NCBI GenBank assembly: GCA_001029735.1
Contig: CP011213.1
Coordinates: 396,613-460,612 of the forward strand
Length of the DNA: 64,000 bases
Direction: 5' to 3'
DNA from: Berkelbacteria bacterium GW2011_GWE1_39_12
GTDB lineage: Bacteria; Patescibacteriota; UBA1384; UBA12157
The notes beneath the pieces were generated by a model, which saw nothing but the letters and a program-made list of their open reading frames with translations, had not been told where the DNA came from and searched no databases. A program made the position numbers and the translations under genes. Shown here piece by piece: positions 16,810-28,281 of this stretch (positions are counted from its first letter, which is position 1; the number at the start of each line of letters is the position of its first letter).

Positions 16810-19320
16810 CTAATACGCCACGTGAACTTGAGCCCAAGATTCCGGCATAGCGAATAGGCCATAGTTTGCCGGCCTGGTTTTGCCGTATAAAGCATTTAAG
16901 ATTGAACTAAACGGTATGACGTCGCGTTCTTTTGAATATGTAATTAACTGCGTAACTCTATAGGTGCTGGTATTGCCTTTGTCGTAGGGAAATTTCAATA
17001 ACTCGGCAATGACTTGATGAACTTTTTTGCGTGCTTCTGGTTGATAAACCGAATAAAATACTCTCGGATCAGTTGAGGTTGATTCATCAGACTCGGCGCT
17101 TACATGTGTGACTGTTGGTTTGCTGTCTTGCCATGTGACTTTGATTGGAATAGCTTTTTTGCCGGCAGGCTGGCCCGGAAGGCCAGTACTGACGAGGCCA
17201 CCTTCACAGCGCAATCTTAACATTTCATTGTCACCGCCGAAGAAACCGCCAAAACCGCCAATATTTCCTAATAATCCATCACTTAAGCCAGCGAAATTAC
17301 TAAACTGGTCTAGGTTTAAATTATCTGTCAAAGCTCCTGTAACTTGATCAAATCCTGTGTTGATGCCGCCTAAATAATCATTAAGGCTATCCAGACCACC
17401 GATCTGAGAGATACTATCAAGATTGGTAAATTGTTCAAGCGCGGAATTAATGGTATCAATTTGCGCGTTTAGCCTATCAATATCACTGTTGATATTATCG
17501 ATGTTGCTTTGCAGGTCGGCAGTTATTTGATCCATCTTAGTTTGCAAATTAGTAATAACCGTTCCCACACCGGTAATTTGGATTAAGGAAGTATTTAATT
17601 TTTTGGTTAAGTCGTCGAGCTGTCGATTATATTCAGCCTTTTGTTCCGGAGTCAAAGAACTATTATTAACAGCTGTTCGAAAAGTCTCAATTTTTGGTTT
17701 CACTGTATCCATGTTTTGGGTATATTGATTGATTCTGTCACTGTCTTGCTGGAGAGTGTTTTGTAAATCACCTACATTATTTGTTGTGTCGTTAACTTCA
17801 TTCCTTTCATTTTGGCTTAAGGAATCAATGTTTATTTGATTCAATTGATTCAATAAATCTTGAGCTGATCCGCTTAGATCTGAAAACAGACCGCTTGTCG
17901 TGAAATCTCTGCCTGTCGGTGCTCCGTCTGCTCCCGAAACGTTATCTGGTAAGCCATCGGAGTAATAAACCACATCGTTCATTGGAGGAGTTCCGTTTGC
18001 ACCACTGCAAATATCTCTGTTTGGTTCTAATGATTTATAAACAAAATCGATTTCAGCGACATCTGAAGCCAATCCATCTTTATGTGCAGAAACATTGTTC
18101 GTTAGTTGAGAATCTCGTGCTGCTCCGGATTCCGGATCATTAGGCATATCTTTATACCCAGAAATGATATGGCTGGTGCCAATGCGAAGATGTCTATCTG
18201 ATAAATACTTTAGCGCTTGGAGTAGGCGGTAGTCTGCATTACCTTCATTAACATAGGTCTTGTCTTCACTATTTAAGTAATCAAATTTATGAAAACCAGC
18301 TGCATTAATTACGCCTGCCATACCGCCGGCAGCGGCAGAATTGATTTCTTTTATTTCCGATACATAAGTGCTTCCTGCAGTTGCCTTGGTTGGGTAGGTT
18401 TTTCCAAAATAACCGTTTTGAGCGCTACAGGCGAGACCAATAAAAATAAGCATTAGAACAATAAAAATAGCTAAACAGATAAGTAAAACTGGCCAGCCGA
18501 AAAAACCTACTACTGCGGCTAACGCCGCTTCTAAAGCTTCAGAGGTAGCAGTCAAAGCTGCTTTTGCCAACACTTTAGCTCCTTGTTGGATGCCTTGTTG
18601 AGCTGCTTTTTCCCCAACTTTTTCAGCTCCTTCTTTTACTAATTCGTCTTTAGCTTTGCTTTTGGCCGCGTCGCTTGCGCCAATATTAACTTTTTTATTT
18701 TGAAAATTTTCATCTAGTGATGGGCTGATATCACTCTTTCCTTCTACGGGACCTGGTTTTTCGCCTTCAGGGGTTTTTTCGCCCTCACCTTTTTCTTCGT
18801 TTTTCTCCGTATCTGGTTTTTCTTTATCTGATTCTTGTTCTTTCTTGTCTTCGGCTTCTTTTTCGTCTTTATCTTTATCTTCCTTTTTTTCCTCTTTTTT
18901 GCCGGTCTGATTTTCTCCTTGAGATTCTTCTTGTCCTTGATCAGTTTGTTCTTCTCCTGGGTAGCTAACCGTTGGTTTGTTGCCAGGTTGGGTTTCTTTT
19001 GTGTCGACCCCGCTACCTGTGCCAGTAGATCCTGTACCACTGCCGGATATTCCGGCGCTAGAAGTTCCTCCCCCGCCAGATTGGTTTTCAGGCTGGGTGT
19101 TTCCGTCACTGAATGATCTTTCAGACTTTTGCTGTGGGATTACAACAGGTTTGATATTTTTAACATCTTGTGCCGGCTGGCCTGCGTTTTCCTTTTTTGA
19201 ATCTTTAACCGGAGTCTTGTATTTATCTGAAGATTTTCCGGCAGAAGATTTGTATTTAGAACTGGTTTCTTGCTCTGTTGTTTTTTTAGTTTCTTTTTCT
19301 TCTGAAAATTTATATTTCAT
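16810..19320 (-). CDS. large membrane-anchored protein, putative T4SS-associated cell-wall hydrolase (PrgK-like architecture)
   Basis: An 836-aa protein with a K/E/G-rich disordered N-terminus of about 280 aa, a single TM helix and an SxHxxGxAxD motif (SAHKDGLASDV) reminiscent of M15 peptidases. Coiled-coil follows. It is the last gene of the VirB4 operon. Confidence 0.35.
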   Translation of the reverse strand: MKYKFSEEKETKKTTEQETSSKYKSSAGKSSDKYKTPVKDSKKENAGQPAQDVKNIKPVVIPQQKSERSFSDGNTQPENQSGGGGTSSAGISGSGTGSTGTGSGVDTKETQPGNKPTVSYPGEEQTDQGQEESQGENQTGKKEEKKEDKDKDEKEAEDKKEQESDKEKPDTEKNEEKGEGEKTPEGEKPGPVEGKSDISPSLDENFQNKKVNIGASDAAKSKAKDELVKEGAEKVGEKAAQQGIQQGAKVLAKAALTATSEALEAALAAVVGFFGWPVLLICLAIFIVLMLIFIGLACSAQNGYFGKTYPTKATAGSTYVSEIKEINSAAAGGMAGVINAAGFHKFDYLNSEDKTYVNEGNADYRLLQALKYLSDRHLRIGTSHIISGYKDMPNDPESGAARDSQLTNNVSAHKDGLASDVAEIDFVYKSLEPNRDICSGANGTPPMNDVVYYSDGLPDNVSGADGAPTGRDFTTSGLFSDLSGSAQDLLNQLNQINIDSLSQNERNEVNDTTNNVGDLQNTLQQDSDRINQYTQNMDTVKPKIETFRTAVNNSSLTPEQKAEYNRQLDDLTKKLNTSLIQITGVGTVITNLQTKMDQITADLQSNIDNINSDIDRLNAQIDTINSALEQFTNLDSISQIGGLDSLNDYLGGINTGFDQVTGALTDNLNLDQFSNFAGLSDGLLGNIGGFGGFFGGDNEMLRLRCEGGLVSTGLPGQPAGKKAIPIKVTWQDSKPTVTHVSAESDESTSTDPRVFYSVYQPEARKKVHQVIAELLKFPYDKGNTSTYRVTQLITYSKERDVIPFSSILNALYGKTRPANYGLFAMPESWAQVHVAY

Positions 19321-19354
19321 TTTTCCCTTAAAACGTGTCAGCTTTAATTAATCT

Positions 19355-20386
19355 CTACAAAACTTTTTTGTAAAGATTGTTACCCGAAGTAAAATATAGA
19401 GTTTTACTGTCAGATGTAACCATTAGATTTGTAGCTGAAATATCATCGCTGCTTCTTATCTTTAGTTTGGAAGGTTTGTTTGTATCTAAGTTAATGATTT
19501 GAAATAAATCGCTGTTTCCATATGGTCTTGACGCGGTATACACAGAGTTATTTTTTGCTGAATAAACCGCTTTATCAACACTAGAGGCTGGTAGTAGACC
19601 AGTTATTTTTTTAGATTTTGTGTCTAATAGGCTTAGTCCAGGATTTGCTGATTCGGAAGTTGTGCCATCTATCAAAAATTTGTTTGTAAGTATATTTGTT
19701 ATATCGCCTAAATAGTATTGATCGGCTATTTCAATTTGTTTTTTGGTTTCAGTAGACAATAAGTAAATAATTGCCTTAAATGTTTCGGAAGGAATATTGT
19801 AATAAACTAAATTTTTATTATCTGCCCAACCAATTTGAGCGTTTTCATATTCGATATCAGTTATAATTGATTCGCTGTTTCCATCTGGGTTAGACGTAGC
19901 AATCCAGTCTGCATCGTCTAAATTCCAGTCAAGGTAATGATAGGCAATTTTCTTACTATCAGGAGACCAGCTTACGTTCAATATATTATCACTTAGCTTT
20001 TTTACCTCTTGTTTAGTATCTAAATTAATAAGAAATGTATGATGATCCGCTGCATTCGAAGGATTTTCTGTTTTAATCAGTGCCATTGATAAGTCAGGGG
20101 AATAAATAATATTGTTCGTATCTTTAAATGAAAGCTTCACTATTGTTTCAATCGAGTTTTTTTTAAGATCCCATTTTTTTATCGAGTTACTGGTATTACT
20201 GTAATAGTAAATAGATTGATTGTCCTGTAATAATTTGGGAAAAAAAACTTTTTCATTATTAGGATTATTTATAAGTGCCACCTTGTTTACGTTATTGCGC
20301 CAAATAGTTAAAATAATCGCTGCTATAAGCAATGCAATTAAAATAATTCCTATGATGATATAAGATTTATTAATCTTTGTTGGCAT
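19355..20386 (-). CDS. membrane-anchored beta-propeller protein with PD40/TolB-like repeats
   Basis: A 343-aa protein with an N-terminal TM helix and repeated YSPD/WSPDSKKIAYHY motifs. Confidence 0.45.
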   Translation of the reverse strand: MPTKINKSYIIIGIILIALLIAAIILTIWRNNVNKVALINNPNNEKVFFPKLLQDNQSIYYYSNTSNSIKKWDLKKNSIETIVKLSFKDTNNIIYSPDLSMALIKTENPSNAADHHTFLINLDTKQEVKKLSDNILNVSWSPDSKKIAYHYLDWNLDDADWIATSNPDGNSESIITDIEYENAQIGWADNKNLVYYNIPSETFKAIIYLLSTETKKQIEIADQYYLGDITNILTNKFLIDGTTSESANPGLSLLDTKSKKITGLLPASSVDKAVYSAKNNSVYTASRPYGNSDLFQIINLDTNKPSKLKIRSSDDISATNLMVTSDSKTLYFTSGNNLYKKVL

Positions 20387-20419
20387 AATGACTCCTGTTA
20401 ATATTATAACGGTTGGTGT

Positions 20420-21121
20420 TTATGTTTCTGTAGAGCTAGCACAATCCCGTGTTGGTCGGTATAAACCATAAAATCTACTGCCACGGCCGCCGCCAAAGAC
20501 ATTGTAAGTGCTGACATGAGGACCTCCGCCGGAACCACCTGATTCATAAATTATTTGTTTGGTGCCGCTTTCTCCTCCGAATAATACAATATGGGAAAAA
20601 GGTGTTTTTTTGGCAGGCCCAGAGGCACTTCCCATACCAAACAGTAAAAAATCACCTGGTTGCCATAGTGTTTTGGCTTGTGCTTGTGTTGTAGCTATCC
20701 TTTGGAAACTACTTGAGGAAGCAAAAGAAACAGTATACAAACAAGTGTTCATTGGAAGTAGTCCAGCATCGCGATAAACACGACTTGCATATCCTGTGCA
20801 ATCCATATAAGTGACACCCGCTGCTCCTTTACTATTTGCGGGACCACACCTTCCCCCTTCCTGACTGTATCTAATTCCCTTATTCAAATATGTGCGGGCA
20901 GCAGTGATAACATCGCTGCATCCACCAGCGACAATCGGTGCATCAGTTTCTTCTGACGAACCGCCCGGGCTCGATGAGCCTGATCCGCTGCCAGTTCTAT
21001 CACCTATCATTGCTGCCGCTGTTACCATCATAATAATCAAAATAAACGCCATAGCGACAACCGCTATTAAAATCCAAACAACTCCGCGGTCATAATGAAT
21101 TTTAAGTTTTATTTTATTCAT
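20420..21121 (-). CDS. CHAP/NlpC-P60-type peptidoglycan hydrolase
   Basis: A 233-aa protein with an N-terminal TM helix, the Cys motif YMDCTGYASRVY and His in SHIVLFGG, typical of CHAP amidase/peptidase. VirB1-like role in a T4SS context. Confidence 0.55.
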   Translation of the reverse strand: MNKIKLKIHYDRGVVWILIAVVAMAFILIIMMVTAAAMIGDRTGSGSGSSSPGGSSEETDAPIVAGGCSDVITAARTYLNKGIRYSQEGGRCGPANSKGAAGVTYMDCTGYASRVYRDAGLLPMNTCLYTVSFASSSSFQRIATTQAQAKTLWQPGDFLLFGMGSASGPAKKTPFSHIVLFGGESGTKQIIYESGGSGGGPHVSTYNVFGGGRGSRFYGLYRPTRDCASSTET

Positions 21122-21130
21122 ATAAATAAT

Positions 21131-23230
21131 CTAAACACCTGGTGTCTGAAGTTGGCCGGTTTGACCGTTTGCTTCGTCTTCTTCCTTTTCTTCAGTATTC
21201 TTCTTGGTTTGCATTTCCATTAATTGTTTTGGATCAGTTGTAATCATCTGATCCTCCGTATAAGAAGCGATAACCTTGATGGCAACATGATTTAGGCCGG
21301 CAAAAAATAGTCCTTCTCCAACCTCGCACTCAAGCAGTAAAAATTTTTCGCCTTCAGTTAAGCCGAAAACTTGAGCGATTTTTTCAACTGAAGACGGGGA
21401 CTGCTTCATAAGAAGCTGCATGGAAGAGTTATTAATAACTGATCGGCCATACTTTGAATCCAAAAAGTCTTCTACATCTTGTGAAATAATGGTTAAACCA
21501 AGGTAATATTTACGTCCACGTTTGGCTAAGGCATAAAGGAATTTACCGGAATCTTCGTATTGCATCATCCACCAAGCCTCATCAATAACTAGCATTCGTC
21601 GGCGAATGTTGAAACGCACTCTTTGCCAGATATAATTCAAAATCATATACATACCGATTGGGCGAAGAGCGTCTTCAAGATCACGAACTGAAAAGACAAT
21701 AAAACCGTTATCCAAGTCAAAGTTAGTCGGTTGATCAAATAAACCCTTAAAAGTACCTTCGGTATATTTCGAAAGCTTTTTGACCATACTTTCAGTTCCT
21801 GTCATATTTTGTAAAACTTGTTGAAGATCGGAAAGTAGTGGTGGCTGGTTACTGTGTGTAGCAGGATCGACAGTAATGTCTTTTAAGGCATATACTTCAT
21901 ATAAAGCCTTTTCCAAGACTGCGTCTTCTTCCGGTGTAACACCACTCATCATTAAAGACAATAACCCTGAAAGCATTGTGATATTAGAGCGCAGAATGTC
22001 CTCGCCGTTACCTTCAGAAGCGGCGCTTTTACCGGCTTTTGGTAAATCAAACGGATTGATGCGTTTATCGGAGTTCAGGGCAATGTTTAAATAGTTACCG
22101 CCAACTGCCTCACAAAGGTTTTTATACTCATTTTCAGGATCAATTACAATTGCGTCTGAGCCGAGCATTAAATATCTTAAGATCTCGAGCTTAATAGCGT
22201 AAGATTTTCCCGAACCGGATTTTGCAAAAACAACTGAGTTAGCATTTTCCAAATTAAATCTATCAAATAATATTAAAGAGTTATTATGACGATTTAGGCC
22301 ATAAAGAATTCCCTCGTTACTGGAAAGTGTTGTAGAAGTAAACGGAAAAGTCGTGGAAAGAGAAGCGGTATCTAAGTTGCGTAAGATTTTGAGTTCATCG
22401 ATAGCCATCGGTACGGTTGAAGTAAAGGTGTAAATTAGCATTCCGCCCAAAGTCGATTCCAGCTGTTCAGTAATGGTATTTAATTCCTCTTCATTTTTAC
22501 CGTAAATGGTAAAGTATAAGCCAAATTGAAAAATACGCATTTCTCCTCGTTGCAAGGTATTTCTGAGTTCTTCGATATTCTGTATTGCCGTCTCTAGTTC
22601 TGGGTTTCGCACCAAGCCTTTTTCTTGTTCAATGGCAAGTGAAGATTGGAGCTGGCCGGCTTTCTTGCGTAGTTGAGTCATCATTTCTTTGGAACCGATC
22701 GGATGAATAAACATGGAAATATCTAAAGTAATATCATAGTTAATGATCGGTGCTAGCCAGTTAGTCTGAACATAACTTGGGTATGTGAAGACAAAGAGTG
22801 TTCGTGCCAGCATGTTTCCCAGTCGGATATAGTTTGGTTTAACCTCTAGCGCTGCCGGTGCAATAATATCTAATACCGAAGTCATGCCTTGTTGATAAGT
22901 TTGCTGAGGGATTGCCATTTGCATAACTCCTGTCTGTGGAATGGCTACCGGTCTGCCAGCCGCGGCCATTTGATTGGTGGCTGCATAGTTATTATTCACC
23001 GGGATTGGTCTAGGTGGCATTTGATTTGCAACAGGAGGCCTATTGGCCATAGCAGGACTCGCCGTCATTGGTTCAGGTTGAATTACCTGGTTAGACTGCT
23101 GATTGTTTTGTGCCGCCCCGGGCGTTCTTGGCAGCAATTGATCCATCATGTTTTGGGCAGGATTAATTTGAGTTGCTCCGTTTGGCACAGCTTGTTGGTT
23201 AGCCCCTGGTTGTACGTTTGTTTTGTTCAC
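21131..23230 (-). CDS. virB4: VirB4/TrbE-family conjugation ATPase (Gram-positive type) with Q/N/P-rich N-terminal extension
   Basis: A 699-aa protein with Walker A FAKSGSGKSY and Walker B LVIDEAWW, plus a VirB4 N-domain (YIRLGNMLARTLFVFTYPSYV). The first ~130 aa are low-complexity Q/N/P. Confidence 0.85.
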   Translation of the reverse strand: MNKTNVQPGANQQAVPNGATQINPAQNMMDQLLPRTPGAAQNNQQSNQVIQPEPMTASPAMANRPPVANQMPPRPIPVNNNYAATNQMAAAGRPVAIPQTGVMQMAIPQQTYQQGMTSVLDIIAPAALEVKPNYIRLGNMLARTLFVFTYPSYVQTNWLAPIINYDITLDISMFIHPIGSKEMMTQLRKKAGQLQSSLAIEQEKGLVRNPELETAIQNIEELRNTLQRGEMRIFQFGLYFTIYGKNEEELNTITEQLESTLGGMLIYTFTSTVPMAIDELKILRNLDTASLSTTFPFTSTTLSSNEGILYGLNRHNNSLILFDRFNLENANSVVFAKSGSGKSYAIKLEILRYLMLGSDAIVIDPENEYKNLCEAVGGNYLNIALNSDKRINPFDLPKAGKSAASEGNGEDILRSNITMLSGLLSLMMSGVTPEEDAVLEKALYEVYALKDITVDPATHSNQPPLLSDLQQVLQNMTGTESMVKKLSKYTEGTFKGLFDQPTNFDLDNGFIVFSVRDLEDALRPIGMYMILNYIWQRVRFNIRRRMLVIDEAWWMMQYEDSGKFLYALAKRGRKYYLGLTIISQDVEDFLDSKYGRSVINNSSMQLLMKQSPSSVEKIAQVFGLTEGEKFLLLECEVGEGLFFAGLNHVAIKVIASYTEDQMITTDPKQLMEMQTKKNTEEKEEDEANGQTGQLQTPGV

Positions 23231-23937
23231 TATTTTGCCTCTCCTGATTTTGCGGCTTCTTCTGGATTTAAGACTGCACTTTCAACGACTTGTGAAGTAA
23301 GATTATCAATCTGAGTGAGTTTTTCTTTACTTGATTCCTCGGGATTATATATTCCGTAAAGCAATTCAATAATTTGTTGGCTGCCTAATTGAGCACAGCG
23401 GATACCGATTGAACCGAGGCCACTTTCAATCACTTGAATCCTTTGAACCAGTTCTTGTTTGTAAGTTTCAAATTCTTGCATTGTGATTTTGGGGGTTTCA
23501 TTCTTAGCGGCGCTCTGACTCATTTTTGGTGGCGCAGCAAAAGAGATACAGACATAAAATTTCTTATCCATAATATTGGCTATATTAATCAGGCGCCCGA
23601 CAAAATCGATATAATCTAAGGTTTGCACTCTAAGTAATTCATTAGTTTGAACTTGCCCAATTTTCTTTAAAGAAGCAAGATAATTGGAAAGATCAAGTTT
23701 TTTTGATTGCATCATTATTTGAATCGGAAATTCTAAAGAGTTCAAGAAATTTTGATATGCAAAAATAATAGCCGTTTGTTCTTGCTCGGACTTTAAGGCA
23801 AAGTTGATTGAACTTACCATTAAAATCGCCCGAAGTTCTCCGGTTTTGGTGATGATGATTCCGTCATGAATTTCTGCAAATTTCAGAATTTCTTGAGTGC
23901 TACTTACCTGCGGTTGGGGGTTGCCCCATATTCCCAA
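23230..23937 (-). CDS. hypothetical T4SS-associated protein (weak resemblance to a VirB4 N-terminal domain)
   Basis: A 235-aa protein translationally coupled to virB4 (ATGA overlap). It contains DGIIITKTGELRAILMVSSINF. Confidence 0.3.
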   Translation of the reverse strand: MGIWGNPQPQVSSTQEILKFAEIHDGIIITKTGELRAILMVSSINFALKSEQEQTAIIFAYQNFLNSLEFPIQIMMQSKKLDLSNYLASLKKIGQVQTNELLRVQTLDYIDFVGRLINIANIMDKKFYVCISFAAPPKMSQSAAKNETPKITMQEFETYKQELVQRIQVIESGLGSIGIRCAQLGSQQIIELLYGIYNPEESSKEKLTQIDNLTSQVVESAVLNPEEAAKSGEAK

Positions 23938-24484
23938 CTTGTCCTCCTTGACCCTGGCCCTGTCTCGGCGCCTGGGTTTTTTGTTCTCCCATTCCTTGTT
24001 GAATCAATTTCTCGAAATTATTAGTAATTCTGCCAAAATTTTGCTGCTCTTGCTTGCCCAATGGCCCTGTATCTAAAGTATGCGCTAATTTTTCTAAATC
24101 ACTTTTCTCAATTTTTTTAGGCTGAACATATACTTCGCTTCTGACTTTTTTTGGTGGCTCAATTAAAACTGTTGATCTAAATCCGACTTTTCGCCAGAAT
24201 CTTGTCTTTGGATGAGTGTAGTAGTAAATGCCGGCTTTTATAAAATGCGATAATGGCTGATCTTGGATTTTAACGAAGGCCATGCCAAGACTTACGATGC
24301 TAATCGGTAAGGCTAAAATAACAAAGATTCCAGTACTTTTGGTGCCGATTGATTGAAATAAAATATAGACAATCAAGCCGCCGCCCAACAGGTAAAGAAA
24401 TTGCACTAAAGTGAGCGGTCCGACAATCTTGTCTTCGAGATCGATATTTTGCGGAACTTTAAATTGCAAGACCCCTCCATACAC
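23900..24484 (-). CDS. PrgI/VirB3-like small membrane protein
   Basis: A 194-aa protein. The N-terminus MYGGVLQFKVPQNIDLEDKIVGPLTLVQFLYLLGGGLIVYIL matches the PrgI family pattern with two TM helices. First gene of the operon. Confidence 0.45.
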   Translation of the reverse strand: MYGGVLQFKVPQNIDLEDKIVGPLTLVQFLYLLGGGLIVYILFQSIGTKSTGIFVILALPISIVSLGMAFVKIQDQPLSHFIKAGIYYYTHPKTRFWRKVGFRSTVLIEPPKKVRSEVYVQPKKIEKSDLEKLAHTLDTGPLGKQEQQNFGRITNNFEKLIQQGMGEQKTQAPRQGQGQGGQVGNMGQPPTAGK

Positions 24485-24571
24485 TTAAACCAAACGGAAA
24501 ATAAAATTCCGTCACTTTTATAATATCACAATTTCAAAATGTGTGTAGAGGCAAAAAATATGTAACTATAT

Positions 24572-24600
24572 TGACAAATCGGTTTATTTCTTGTATACTG
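24572..24600 (+). promoter_or_regulatory. sigma70-like promoter (TTGACA-16-TATACT)
   Basis: ttgacaaatcggtttatttcttgtatact upstream of the 24669 ORF. Confidence 0.5.
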
Positions 24601-24668
24601 AACCAAGAGATTTTAGGAACTTCAGAATCCGGATGTTCACTAACGAACATATGAAAAGGAGAGCGTGT

Positions 24669-24983
24669 ATGAGAGAAGTTGTTGCGATTGAAATTGGCGT
24701 TACAGGTTTTGGTAAGATAAGCCTCAGCCGGCCAAGGGTGATCAAAGCTGATTTTCAAGTATTGCTCAATGAATTAGGCGGAGGCCGCCGTTGGAGCCAA
24801 GCTGCGATATTATCTGAAAACACTGATCTTGACGTGGCAATGTGGTACGTCATAGGCGCCAACATGACCGAACTGTCGGATGAGCCTGAAATTCAAAAGG
24901 CGATTGAGGAAGGCAACCCGATTTGTATTGGGTTCCCAGGTGAAGACTTTTACTTTGTCTTCCCGATTAAAGAGGAAGGTTAA
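24669..24983 (+). CDS. hypothetical small protein
   Basis: A 104-aa ORF with RBS aaaaggagag. Its C-terminus ICIGFPGEDFYFVFP resembles the N-terminal motif of the 13777 family. Confidence 0.45.
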   Translation: MREVVAIEIGVTGFGKISLSRPRVIKADFQVLLNELGGGRRWSQAAILSENTDLDVAMWYVIGANMTELSDEPEIQKAIEEGNPICIGFPGEDFYFVFPIKEEG

Positions 24984-25003
24984 GAACCTGCTGACCAGCT
25001 TAC

Positions 25004-25027
25004 AACCGGATTTAGATCCGGTTTTTT
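25004..25027 (+). terminator. rho-independent terminator
   Basis: Hairpin aaccggatttagatccggtt followed by TTTTTT. Confidence 0.6.
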
Positions 25028-25030
25028 AGT

Positions 25031-25064
25031 AAAAAAAACCGCTCTTATTTATTTTGAAGAGCGG
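25031..25064 (-). terminator. rho-independent terminator of the atp operon
   Basis: Minus-strand hairpin ccgctcttcaaaataaataagagcgg followed by TTTTTTTT. Confidence 0.6.
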
Positions 25065-25080
25065 TCAGACTCATTCTTAG

Positions 25081-25212
25081 CAAGGTCGCATACGTCCGCC
25101 CAGGCTCTGTGACTTGATTGACTTCGACTATCTTGTCGGTGATGTTTTTTGCGGGCAATTTTGAGGTGCAAGAGGGCTTTTTTCGGCCCAAGGCCGACCA
25201 GCCTAGGGCTGG
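25081..25212 (+). repeat. GC-rich structured element copy 2 (inverted relative to 845..960)
   Basis: It starts AAGGTCGCATACGTCCGCCCAGG and ends TTTTCGGCCCAAGGCCGACCAGCCTAGGGCTGGC. Both termini align to copy 1. Confidence 0.5.
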
Positions 25213-25641
25213 CTAACGATGCTTTCTTTGTCTATTAGCTATCTTTAAGTGTAACAATGCCTTCTCCAGAGCTGCAGAGGCTTCCGCAACTTCTATATCA
25301 TCTTCGGCGTTTTCGAGTTTTTGCTTGGCTTTATTCTTCGCTTCTTCAGCGGCAATTTCGTCAATACGCTCGGAACGAACGGCGCTATCGGACAGCACTT
25401 TAACCACATCGTTATTAATTTCCACAAAACCACCCATTGAAGCCAGGTGAATTTCTTCCGATTCGCCCTTTTCCGCCAGTTGGCGGATTATTATTTCGCC
25501 GGGCGAAAGAATTGTAACCAGCGGTTCATGTCCGGCCAAAATGCCAATTTCCCCATTTAAAGTCGGTAACAAAACTTCGTGAGCTTTGCCCTCATAAATG
25601 GTTTCTTCTGGAGTGATTAATTTAAAGTCAAATAGTTTCAT
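25213..25641 (-). CDS. atpC: F0F1 ATP synthase subunit epsilon
   Basis: MKLFDFKLITPEETIYEG... is a typical epsilon N-terminus. The ORF track's start at 25656 lies inside a palindromic element. Confidence 0.8.
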   Translation of the reverse strand: MKLFDFKLITPEETIYEGKAHEVLLPTLNGEIGILAGHEPLVTILSPGEIIIRQLAEKGESEEIHLASMGGFVEINNDVVKVLSDSAVRSERIDEIAAEEAKNKAKQKLENAEDDIEVAEASAALEKALLHLKIANRQRKHR

Positions 25642-25651
25642 AATGTAAATT

Positions 25652-25717
25652 GTCATTCCGGACTTGATCCGGAATCTATTCTAGATCCTGAATCCTGCAA
25701 TGGCCGGTTCAGGATGA
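25652..25717. repeat. palindromic element family B (GTCATTCCGGA...TCCGGAATCTAT...TTCAGGATGAC)
   Basis: A 66-bp element in the atpD-atpC intergenic region. Confidence 0.6.
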
Positions 25718-25728
25718 CATTGTAAATG

Positions 25729-28006
<2,278 letters not shown>

Positions 28007-28035
28007 TTGTATCTTTCTGTAATTATAACTCTTTT

Positions 28036-28103
28036 GTCTTTCCGGACCGGTTGGTAAACAGGATCCGGAATCTATCATATGGATCCTGAATCATGTTCAG
28101 GAC
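28036..28103. repeat. palindromic element family B copy, between a duplicated atpG 5' end and the real atpG start
   Basis: gtctttccggaccggttggtaaacaggatccggaatctatcatatggatcctgaatcatgttcaggac. A second MPNTKEI-coding segment lies at 28098-28118 (minus). Confidence 0.55.
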
Positions 28104-28140
28104 TTCGATTTCTTTTGTATTTGGCATTGATTTTCTTGGT

Positions 28141-28209
28141 GTCATCCCGAGCTTGCCGAGGGATCTAGATTCGAGATTCCTCCACTCGCTATTGCTCGGT
28201 CGGAATGAC
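28141..28209. repeat. palindromic element (GTCATCCCGAG...CGGAATGAC)
   Basis: A 69-bp element with terminal inverted repeats in the atpA-atpG intergenic region. Confidence 0.55.
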
Positions 28210-28281
28210 ATTTACTCTTGACTACTTGGTTGACTTGTGATAACATTTATTCGAATTTGGATATCAAGCAGGAGGAAGAAA

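Noticed and set aside
28023-28211. 62-aa ORF containing MPNTKEI upstream of atpG
   Set aside because: It is a remnant or duplication of the atpG 5' end fused to palindromic-element sequence. It is not an independent gene, although it is noted in the findings as a duplication.
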